The notes below the pieces were generated by a model. The model saw nothing but the letters and a program-made list of their open reading frames with translations, made no database searches and was not told where the DNA came from. The position numbers and the translations under genes are program-made. From Sphaerodactylus townsendi (taxonomy: Eukaryota): 64,000 nt of DNA. Position 1 is the first letter of the stretch; each line of letters begins with the position of its first letter. Shown here one piece after another: positions 36,501-48,500 of this stretch. The stretch is taken from assembly GCF_021028975.2 (NCBI RefSeq), contig NC_059438.1, positions 28,086,001-28,150,000 of the forward strand, in the 5' to 3' direction.

Positions 36501-39500
36501 CGTGTGTGTAAATATTAAATCAGTAAATATTAACGCTTGCCATTTGGTTTTGATCATTGCCTTTGGGGACCCTAATGGGTAGAAAGGTGTCATAAAATGT
36601 TTTAATAAAGAAATGTGTGTGGGGAGGTACATTGAGGAGTGCAGTTTACAGCCCCTGTGTTGGGTAGGATAGACTGAGAAATAGTGAGACTTATTGGGAA
36701 ATAGTGACGCTGTTATAAATATTAGTAGTGATGATGATGTTTGAGGTTCCTCACCTTGTGAGAATTTGCTTTTGAACTTTCCATGCTTACAGCAAACTTT
36801 CCAGCTGCTTCATTGGCCTTGCTAGTGGGTGAGCTGTGATGCATAGTTCTGGAGAGTGACATGTCTCTTCTTGGCATGTGGCTGAATCTGGCACGAAGAT
36901 TAAATTCCTTTTTGGAGAGGGGGTCACTAGTTTGGCAAACTTCAAGGAGCTGACCTGCTAGCCTCTCACTTCAGACTAAACATGTCCAACATTTGCTGTG
37001 CTGAGTAACTTTCACACAACATACTGCAAGATAATGACTGGCTGAGTTTAGTTAAAATGAGTTGAAACTGGTTCCGGTAGAGCATCTTAACAACCAGCAT
37101 CCTCAGGGGAATATAATGCCTACTGAACCAAATCTTAGATAAAATATAAGTCATTTCTCAGAGTTGTCCCTATAGGTTAGAGCTTTTTACTTCCATATTT
37201 CTGAATCCGTTGACTTCTTATCAATAAATAGTCACTGGGTGTTGTGGGGTTTCCAGGCTGCATGGCCTGGAAGATGCCAGCCACAGATGCAGGCGAAACA
37301 TCAGGTGAAAATGCTACTGGAACACAGCCATGCAGCCTGGAAACCCACAACACCTCAGTGATTCCAGTCGTGAAAGCCTTCGACAGTACAATAAACAGTC
37401 ACTTTGCTAGCTGTCATGATTGTATTGCCTTGTAGCATGGTTGCAGACAAGAAAAAGCTAGAGTGGTGATGATAGTGTGTATATGGAGCGTGGTGGTGGT
37501 GGTGGTGGTGGTGGTGGTGGTGGTGGTGGTGGTCTGCGTTTGAAGTATGCTTGATCACTGTGAAATGCTAAAGTACTCTGGGCTGTTAGATTTTCCCCAG
37601 GAACGTTGCCCTGTGGTGCTTGCACCACTCCTCTACCCTGAAAAACGGGACATTCTAATGGACAGGATCCTGCCTGACTCTGGAGGGATTGCAAAAACAA
37701 TGATGGAGAGTTCTCTTGCAGACTTCATGCAGGAAGTTGGCTACGGTTTTTGTACAAGGTATGTAGGTCATTTCGTCGAGAACCCGGCTTCATGCTTAAA
37801 AAAGCACCAGACAGCTTTGCTCTATGTTTTATTTGTTTTTATTTCATTAAATTTATACCCCGCCCATTCTCGACCAAAGCCAGACTCAGGGCAGCTTAAA
37901 ATGAGACTAAGACCGTATCTGTACATAGAACATAATAGTAAATGTAACATTTAAAATCTAAAATTTCAGATGGTGAAACAAACTTAGCCTATAAACCATT
38001 CACCCTCCTCCGCTTTCCATGGTTGCTATAATATTTGGTGGTGGTGGTGGGAATATGTTGAAGGGCAGAGCTGCCAGAAGTTTTGTGGCAGCATCTTCCA
38101 TCTGCAAAGCTGAAAAAGTTATCAGTCACGTAACGTCCGTGTGAAGCAGCATGGTTTAATGCAGCTGAGTGGGCAGCCTTTAATGACAAACACCGGATGA
38201 TACGCATGTTGGTATTATTACAAAAAATTGGCTCATGTCATGTCGAACAGTTTCACACCAATGTCCCTTGTGTTTTTAGTGTGGAAGAATGTCGCAACAT
38301 CATCACTCAGTTTGGTGTCGGGGAGGTCACAGCTGCCCAGGTGGCCAGGGTTTTGGGAATGATGGCTCGAACGCACTCAGGATTGGCAGACGGTATTCCA
38401 TTACAGGTGAGTCTATGTATGTATGTATGTGGTCTATGGTGCTGGGTGAGGCACCTGGAAATTTAGCTGAGGAAAGCTTTTTGAATACTGAGGAGATTTT
38501 ACAGTTTTAACTTACTCTCTTTGTTGCCATGATCTGATGTTACTGGAGATAATCTGAATGCGTGCCTCCATGTTTAATTTGCAGTCCATCTCAGCACCCG
38601 GCAGTGGAATTTGGAGTGACGGAAGAGATAAAAACGATGGAACACAAACTCATACGTGGAATGTAGAGGTTTTGATTGACGTGCTTAAGGAGCTGGTATG
38701 TTGATCTTAATGTGACCCTTTGGGGGGAAAAAAGCCGTCATGTCAGAAGTTAAAGGCTGCTTCAGAATTGGTAGATTTGCTACAGAGATGTTACTGATAC
38801 TGCCTCTGTTCTTATCCTGTCATTCTTTTGAGAAATTCAGAGGCAAGCATGATTGTGTGACTTCCTCTCCTTGCTATTTTATCCTCTCTACAATCATGCG
38901 GGGCAGGTTAGACTGTGAAAGAGAATAGCTGCCCCGAGGTCAGTTTCGGAAATTCATTGAAGTTCATGAAAGAGGGACATTTGAATCTAGGTCACCTGTA
39001 CAGTTAAGCTAAAAGTCCACCAACTATAACTCCTTCCTTTGATCATTTTAGAACTAGAAAGCAAAAAATACAGCCATCTTAAATGGCTTGGTTGTGTTCG
39101 TCACTCTTCATCAGTGGAGAAGATGAAGGCTGCTCCTCCCACTCTCTGCGGGTAGAGCAATGCAAAATGGTTTGAGCCTTCTCCTTCAATGATAAAAGGC
39201 CTTCTCCTGAATGTGTCGATTCTTGGAGAAACCACTGGGAACGGATCAGAGCGGTATTATATGTTATGATCTTTGCAGAACCCGAGTTTGAACTTCAAGG
39301 AAGTAACCTATGAACTAGATCATCCTGGTTTTCAAGTTCGTGATAGTAAAGGCTTGCAGATTGTGGTGTATGGTGTCCAAAGAGGGCTAGGACTTGAAGT
39401 CTTCCCAGTTGACCTCATCTACAGACCTTGGAAACATGCAGAAGGCCAGGTAAGCTTGCAGTGAGAAGACATGCAGGTTCTACTTTTCTTTTTCTTTTTT

Positions 39501-42500
39501 TGCTTTGGTGTCTTAACATAATGCATTAATATTTAATTTATTGGCCTTCAGCCTCTAGCTTTTGCTGGGTCTTAAACTTTGGGTTTTATCTTCTCAGTTC
39601 TCAGTACATGCAAACTTTTTTCAAAGACTCTTTGCTCACTGTCGTCATTTAAGAATGCCAGCTGAAGAGCCCGGCTAGCCATGTTAAACCTGTCACAGCA
39701 AGAGTGAATCTAAGAGCTTTTATCTGAAGGGGAGGGAGGGGACTAATCCGATAGTAATGGGAAACAGGAAGTTACTTGGTTCGGGGGAGGCCCACGTAAC
39801 ATGGTTAAAGGTTTCGAAATGACTCTTCCAATGATGTCATTCTGTTGCAGCTCTCATTTATCCAACATTCCCTCATTAACCCGGAGATCTTCTGTTTTGC
39901 TGACTACCCCTGTCATACCGTTGCCACAGATATCTTGAAAGCACCACCTGAGGATGACAATCGAGAAATTGCAACATGGTAACCAGTACCATTTTTTAAT
40001 CCCTTGGATCAAAAACTGTCTCTGACTGCAGAATGCTATAGAAGCAAAGTATTATTCAGAAGCAAAGTATTATTCACCTTTGTTAAGAAGAGTCACTTAG
40101 TGCTTTGCCTGTGTAAAAAAAATGTGCCTGAGTGGTACGGATGGCCAGCTGGTTCAACACCAGTAACATCATCTCCCATGTATGGTAGAACAAGCAGTGC
40201 TGACTTTTCCGATTGCACTTTTCTGAATTGTGGGGTAGTGAGTAGATGGGGCGGATGGTCTTGCTGCTTGAAGAAGCAACAGATTGGCCTTTGCCTCAAC
40301 TCCTCCTGCCTCTATAATTTTCTCTGTAAGAATTCCCAAAATGATTTCTCTTTACCCATCTAAAGGAGCAGCAGTGGCGTAGTGGTTAAAAGCAGGTGTA
40401 CGAAATCTAGAGAAACCGGGTTTGATTCCCTCCTCTGCCACCTGAGCTGTGGAGGCTTATCTGGTGAACTAGATTATCTTGTGCACTCCAACACACACCA
40501 GCTGGGTGACCTTGGGCTAGTCACAGTTCTTCTGAGCTCTCTCAGCCCCACCTACCTCACAGGGTGTTTGTTCTGAGGGGGAAAGAGAAAGGAGTTTGTA
40601 AGCCCCTTTGAGTCTCCTATAGGAGAGAAAGGGGGGGGGATATAAACCCAACTCTCCTTCTTCTAAAGAAGTGGTCTCTGACTCACCAAAACTTACATTG
40701 AAATAAATGTTGTTAGTCTCCAGGTACTACTGGAGTTCAGCCGGATTAGATGGCCATCTTAAATGGCCCACGGAAAGCTTTTTTGTCCTTTCCACCTCAG
40801 CTCTTGTGCTTGTAAATATTAATATTACGTGAACTCGTCTGGTGCCTGTTCCTGAAACGTAATTATTTTTAACACCATTCCATAGGTTTTTCAGTAATGG
40901 TAAGAATATGTAATCCCATTGAATTGTTCATTCTTGCTGATTATGGGCGTGTACACACACAGGTTATGGTAGTGTGTGGTCCAGGTCGAAGTAACTCCCG
41001 TGACCCTTCAAGCCACTCTTTGGAAATCCCAGCCATCCTCTGACCAGGCCTATTGGCATTCTAATGAAGAACGTGCTTGTGTGCCTTTTAAATATATGCA
41101 TGCATCGCTTGTGTATCTCGCTAGATAGCTGCGTTACCCAGCTCCAGAGCAGGCCTGGTGCAGGGGTTTCATCAGCCAGCTAACATGGCTGGGTTTCTTC
41201 CTTTTGCTAGGAAGAGCCTGGACTTGATAGAGTCGCTGCTGCGGTTGGCGGAGGTGGGACAGTATGAACAGGTCAAGCAGCTCTTCAGCTTCCCTATTAA
41301 GCACTGTCCAGATATGTTGGTATTGGCCTTACTACAGATCAACACTTCCTGGCACACTTTGCGGCATGAACTAATCTCCACCCTAATGCCCATTTTCCTT
41401 GGCAACCATCCCAACTCTGCCATCATCTTGCATTATGCATGGCATGGCCAGGTAAGTGCATTTCTATGCAAGGTCTTTCTTTGGCAGCAAAGGCATCCTT
41501 CACCCTTCCTTGTAGTGTTTGGCTGCACACTGTGCTTTGCACAAAGGGTTGGATACAGATGCAATTAACGATGAGGGGTTCTGGAAGGGTGCCTTGAGGC
41601 TACGATACGCCATAACAAAATTATTGATTGGAATTCATATTGGGGTTAGATATTTCCAAATCCAGACCTTTATTGGCACAAGTTAGGTATTGTAGAAAGC
41701 AAAATATAAAAATTACTATAAATATTGGGCTTAAAGGATGAGAGTAAAAATGGTATGAATCATTTTAAAAATTCATAGATCTATGTCTTAAGTAGGATGT
41801 ATGTTCATCCTTCATTTTGTAGCTGGTGCTAAAAATTTAGCTGTGACTAAAGTTACTTCTGGGTCTTGGTCTGACTTCAAGAACTGGAAATGTTTGACTC
41901 CACTTAACTATTCTTTGGCAGCGATTGTGGGGTCTCCTTAGTTCATAAAGGTGAAGGTCCAAAAGATATTTCCCTTGCCATACGTCAAAAGAAAATTCCC
42001 CAAGATTCACTGTGTAGAGAAGAAATCACCTGTTCTCTGAAGGGCATCTTTTGACACGTGGATGACACATAGTAAGGGCACGAGTGACATATTTTATTGG
42101 TACCTCGTTGCAGGTGCAGTATCTCTGTCATCTTCACTTCATTAGAGTAGGAAGTGTTATCTAAGTGTTACCTGAATTCATGCATGATGTTGCTTTCAGC
42201 TATTGTGTAGAGAAGCAATTCTCCTTGCTTGCCTTCCTTCTCCAGAGTTAGTTCATTGACTGTATTGGTGGTGGATTTGTCCACCAAACCAAGAGGACTT
42301 GTTTCAGAGAGCCAAGCTGTTAGTAGATGGGTCAGGCTAAAGCTCTTTGGCCTCAATACTACCTGGGATCTGGAGAAGCATGCCTTGCCTCTTGTGGTCT
42401 TCACAGTAGTGGTTGGAAGGGCAGGAAAGCAAGAGAAGCTGCTACTTCAGGGTAATAAAAGGCTGGGCCAAGTTGCCTTCTTGGGGTTGGGACAGAAGAA

Positions 42501-45500
42501 TTGGAAGGACAGGAGCAGGAAAAAATAGAGTTGAGAAGTGAAGAGGCTAGAACACTCTTTCTACCACAACCCTTGAAACAAAATTTGATATTCAGTGACA
42601 CTTAACTTGCCTGCACAATCGAACAAAGTAGCAATGGAATTCTCCTGTGCCATGAAAGATGCTCTTTTAAGAATTAGATCACTTACCTGGATCCTCAGAT
42701 TCTGATGATGATTCCTTTAGGGCCAGTCTCCTTCAATTCGCCAACTCATCATGCATGCGATGGCAGAATGGTACATGAGGGGGGAGCAGTACGACCAGGC
42801 CAAATTATCTCGTATCCTGGATGTGGCCCAAGACTTGAAGGTGAGTCTGATCTTTATCTTTTATTGAAACACAGGCGTGTTGACTCCAGTGTCGGCATTG
42901 GTGCAGTGTGCTAGGGTTTTTGTTTTGTCTGGAGTGGGAGAGATGATGTAAGACAGAGGTGTCCAACTCTGGCGCCCCAGATATTCATAGACTACTTTTC
43001 CCACCAGCCCCTACTAGCATGGCCAATTTGGCCATGCTGGCAGGGCTGATGGGAATCGTAGTCCATGAACATCTGGGGTGCCAGAGTTGGACACCCCTGA
43101 TGTAAAGGAAGTAGTGTAAGGTATATTGGACCCTTTAAGGGACCATGTGTCTCATGTCCAGCTTCTTCTGGAATTGTTGTTGCCAAATGAGTTTTAAGCA
43201 ATATGCCATCACTGGCCACATGTTTGTGTTAACACAACATTGGGTATTGTTGACCTTAGATAACAGAATTTTGTTTTCTGGAATTTTACTGCACTGTATC
43301 AGTTTTATAGATACTAAGAAGTTTCAAAGCATCACCATGTTGTTTCTGTTTTTAATGATAATGAACACACAGATACTGTAACTTAATTACCAGACACTTT
43401 ACTAGGCCAACTTTCAGATTAAAACATTGAAACAAACTAGATCAACTTGTAGTGGAGGGAGCACCGGTTCAGCCCTCCTGTCGCTTGCTTGTTAAAAGCC
43501 AGTTTTAGTGTCGTCATGTAATGCTAGTGCCATATTGGACAAGGGTGGAAAGATTCCCAGGCTCCCTGACCCATTTTGCAAACCCTTGCAAGTCCCACTG
43601 AAATGAACCGAGGCACAGAGTAGCAGCCGTACACAGTGGATTGCTGCATATTATCTGTCACATTTATAGTACAAATATCCCTCAGATTTCATGTACAGGA
43701 AGCATTTGGGTTTCCAGTTCTAGGAGTAGGAGCTTGTGGTATCTTGGGCAACCAAGGAGAGGGATTGGTTGAGTGCCATCTGGGGTAGGCAGTTTTCTAG
43801 CCATATTTCTGCATGAAGGAGGGTCAGAGCCTTGGTGGACAAGCTTAGCAGTTCTCACTGGGCTGGATGTGGAGTGTATTTGGCAAGGGGGAGTTGGCCT
43901 AGAGTAGTGGTGTCCAACTCTGGCACTTCAGATGTTCATGGACTACAATTCCCATCAGCCCTTATTTGCATGGCCAATGCCATGCCAACATGGACTGATG
44001 GGAATTGTAGTCCATTGGACACCTCTGGCCTAGAGTAGTGGCTAGGAGCTGAGGAATGACACATTGCTGCTGATCATCCTCTGTCTCCTTGTTCTGTTTA
44101 TGGTCTCACCCTTTCCCCTCCCTATCCTTAGTCATTGTGTGGATTGGGGGTGGGGAGCAGCCTGAGCATCCCCTGTGCCCTTGTTCCTGACCGTTCTCAG
44201 AGTGTGACATTGTTCTGAACTGGCCAATACAGAGAGGCATGGCGGTGGAAGGGTGGGAGGTCTAAGTAGGGCTTGCCCTTGATCCTTTGACTAGCTTTCT
44301 TCTAACTCTCTTTCTTCAGGCATTGTCAATGCTACTAAATGGTACTCCATTTGCCTTTGTTATTGACCTTGCTGCACTTGCCTCTCGACGGGAATACCTC
44401 AAACTAGACAAATGGCTCACAGATAAAATTCGAGAGCATGGGGTAAAGCAGCATTTTCTTAATTATTTCTGCCTCTGCCTTTTTTTTGTTTGTTGGTTTT
44501 GGGTGGTGATGGTTGTCCTGAAATTTCAGCATGCATTTCTGGGTGTAAATGTTTGAATGTTACTTAGTGCTCTATATGTTGGATCCAACCAGTTTTTCTG
44601 ATTGGTAGAGACAGAAAGAGTATGATGTCATTGATGACCACCAAAAATGGCTGTGTCAAAAATGATATGATGTCATTGTTGACTAACAGAAAAGCCATAC
44701 AGTGTGAGGGCTGTAGAAGGAAAGGGAGTTGGGTGAGATTAAGTGAAAAAACCTGACTGGTTCCAGCATATTATCTTTTTAATTTGTTCTTTAAAAATTG
44801 GCAGGTATATGCAGCCCACTGAGCCTTGATTTCTTTCTTCCTTTTAGGAACCCTTCATCCAAGCCTGTATGACTTTCTTAAAAAGAAGATGCCCCTCTAT
44901 ATTGGGTGGCCTTGCCCCAGAAAAAGATCAACCAAAAAGTGCTCAGCTTCCTCCAGAGACGTTGGCTACTATGCTGGCTTGCTTGCAAGCTTGTGCAGGG
45001 TAAGGAGATCATGCTTTTAATGACAGGATATCTGCCAAGGAGCTAACGGTTAAGAGGTAAATTATAAGCCAGAAGGTTCCTCATTGATTTCTTTGCTGAA
45101 ACATTTGATCTTATAGTTGGAGAATCAGTACCGTGTTTCCCCAAAATAAGACAGAGCCTTATATCATTTTTTGCTCCAAAAGATGCGTTAGGGCTTATTT
45201 TCAGGGGATGTCTTATTTTTTTTCCCATGATTTTGTGCCCCCTACGTTACCAGATCAGCTGTGCTGGGAAATCTGTAACTAGGGCTTATTTTTGCTAGGG
45301 CTTATATTCAGGATAGGTCTTATTTTCAGGGAAACGGTACTGACCTGTTCAGTTTGATGGGTGTCAGCCCCCCACATCCCTTACAGATCGATCTTTCCCA
45401 TTACATATCCTTGACTGGAGGTTGAACCTGGACCTTCTGTGTGCAGAGTGAGTTCTGCCATTGAGCCACAGCCCTGATGAGTCATTAAGCATAACTTGAA

Positions 45501-48500
45501 CCTTGTTCACAGGGTTCGTAAATCCACATGATGCCACTGTGCTGGTGGTGCAGCTGCTGAAAAGCATTAAGTTGTGCGTGGATAGCTTCTGATTGTGTCA
45601 GTTCTGGTTTTTACCTTTTAAGTGGGGTACTTGAAAGAATGCCTCCTCCTGTATGAGAAGCTCTCCAATGCACACATGCAGAAGGCATTCACGCTGATGG
45701 GTCAAGGACAATAACTGTAAAAACCTTTCAGTTCAAAAGCACATGAATCAATTCAGAAGTCATAAACTATAACTGGGATGAAGTCAAAGCGAAGTTTTTT
45801 CCTGTTAAGGGACTAATGCTTTTTAGTTGGATTTTTGATCCTCCTACATTTGATTCAAATCACAATTTCTGTTTCAGACATTACGTTACGATGTGGCAAT
45901 TTTGTGATGCATTATAGTTAAATGATACCTTTTTAATATATGCACAAACCACAGATGTTGACTGATGTAGAGTGTTCAAGTCTCTCACTATCTGGTGGCA
46001 TAATAGGTTGATATGTTGTAAAAAATTAGCAACTTAATTTATGCAAGCAGATCAGTTGAGTGGGCAGATATGAATTTCAAAGCCAAATTCATTGCTACTG
46101 CTTAAGTTATCTTATCACTAACTATTCCTTTTTGATGTATTGTATTCATTTTTTTCCTGGTAAAAACCCAGTAATTTTGACCCATTACAATCTACGCTAC
46201 CATTAACAGTTGGCACAGAACTGATTATTGGTCCTCTTCTTCACTGTAGTCATTTTCTGTGTGGAGCTTTTCATGTGGTTATTCAAGAGATGGGAGTGTA
46301 TCACTATCATATCTACTTATTAGTGTTCTATCCCTAAAGTTCAGGGATTACACAATAGGCAGTAAATCTTCCAGAGCCAAATGTTCCAACTCAAGTATCT
46401 TAGGACACATAATCCTCAAACTGAGGATTGAAAGATTCCCTCCAAACTCTTAACTGGTTCATAGCTGCCTTCCATTGTTGTGTGACATGGTCTCTTTTCC
46501 TCAAGTCCAAACTTGTTCTGAAGTTTGCTCAGATTTCCACTTCTCTTGGAGGGAACACAGGAATGGGGATGTTAGAACAGTTTTAGATCTGAAGTGTGTT
46601 GACTGCAGAATGGGACAGCACTGCTTTGGGTTGAAACCCTGGGTTCCATTGTGATAGTGATGAACGATGCTGAATTTCTGGCATCAGAAGGTCTCTTCCC
46701 ATTGATCTCCATCCAGTGCCAAGGAAGTTATCAGCAGACACTTCAGTGCCAGGCTCTAATCTTTGACCGCTTTTTGAGCTCAGACTAGTGTTCATAAAAA
46801 TACCTACCATTCACTTCTGGAATACATCCTATATCTGCATAAAATACTCCTGATCTGCCCGAGGGAATCTAAATTGTGATGGCCCTAGCACAAATCACAA
46901 GGAGGCTAGAGAGTTTCTGTTGCGGGGATCTGCAACCTGTGGCTCTCCAGATGTTCATGGACTACAATTGGCCATGCTGGCAGGGGCTGATGGGAATTGT
47001 AGTCCATGAACATCTGGAGAGCCACAGGTTGCAGAGGGTTGGGACAAAGCTTGAATCTAGATTCATACGCGTTGCAGAATATGATGACTAGCCTGCCTCC
47101 TGCCTCCTGTCTGTGCAGACCTCTTGTGATGTTATGGTGACTGGGTAAGATTCCATGTTCAGCTGTTTGTGAGATTTTGCTTGGCCTTTCAGAACCAAAA
47201 CAGCTCCATCTCCTGGAGACCACACAAGTCCTCTTGTATATTATGAAGTTGGAGACAACACAAGCCCTTCTATGTTTGCTAGGACTTTTTACTAAGGGCA
47301 CTGTAACACACGTTGATCATAACAAATGCTTATTTGGGGATCTCTGATCCGGGAAAGGTGAAGAAGTCTCTAAATTGGTGTTTGATGCCCAGGAAGACCA
47401 TCTCAAAAATTTGCCTGAGGATCTTGGACAAGCATTCTTGAATACATTTCATGCTGATCTTCATTTTAGCAATTTCTAACTATATACTGTGCATGAAGTG
47501 GCTTCCTAAACATTATTAAACATTACCTATAAAAAAACACTGAACAGAACAGTAAGCAATAAAAAGAACAAAATGCAGCAATAAACTTAGCCCTACAAAC
47601 ACATTACCCCCGAACAGACTAAATACTGACAGCCAGTGTGGTGTAGTGGTTAAGAGCAGGCACACTCTAATCTGGAAAACTGGGTTTGACACCCTGCTCT
47701 GCCACTTGAGCTGTGAAGGTTTATTTGGTGAACCAGATTAGCCTGTGCACTCCAACACATGCCAGCTGGGTGACCTTGGGCTAATCCTTCAAACTCTCTC
47801 AGCCCCACCCACCACACAGGGTGTTTGTTGTGAGGGGGGAAGGGCAAGGAGATTGTAAGCCCCTTTGAGTTTCCTTACAGGAGAGAAAGGGGGGATGTAA
47901 ATCCAACTGTTCTTCTAAATTAGCAGTTCTGCCAGTTCCTGCTGCAGGTCCCTTTTATGTCATTCATCAAGTTCCCCTTTTCTCAGGGAGCAGCATTTTG
48001 TGTCAGTGGGCTGTGCTGGAGTGGGGGCAGAAAAAATTCCATTCCATTTAGTCTGGATCTGACCCTGGAACATTTATTTACAAATGATGAGCAGGTTGAT
48101 CGAGGGAGTGACAGTTTTTCCTACCAGCAGGGAGGGAGTTTCTCCCTTGTTGAAGACAGAAGACTGACCCTACATACGTATCATAAGTAAAGATTGCCTC
48201 TTTTTTTCCCTTTAGAAGCGTCTCCCAAGAGCTTTCGGAAACTATTCTTACAATGGTAGCCAACTGCAGCAATGTTATGAACAAAGCTAGGCAGCCACCG
48301 CCTGGAGTTATGCCCAAAGGACGTCCGCCCAGTGCTAGCAGTCTGGATGCCATCTCTCCTGTACAGGTACAAACAGGTGGAGGCAGCATAGCGATGGGTG
48401 GTACTGCTTACATCTTTGCAACATAAGCGCTTTTTGTATACAGACCCTAAATAGAAAATGCATGAAATAACACGTGCTTCCTATTTAAGTAAATGCCATG

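Noticed and set aside
37355-37700. Poly-His and poly-Pro ORFs on the minus strand
   Set aside because: Translation of the (GGT)n microsatellite.
40040-40075. 18-bp tandem duplication AGAAGCAAAGTATTATTC
   Set aside because: Ordinary intronic slippage duplication that does not touch splice signals.
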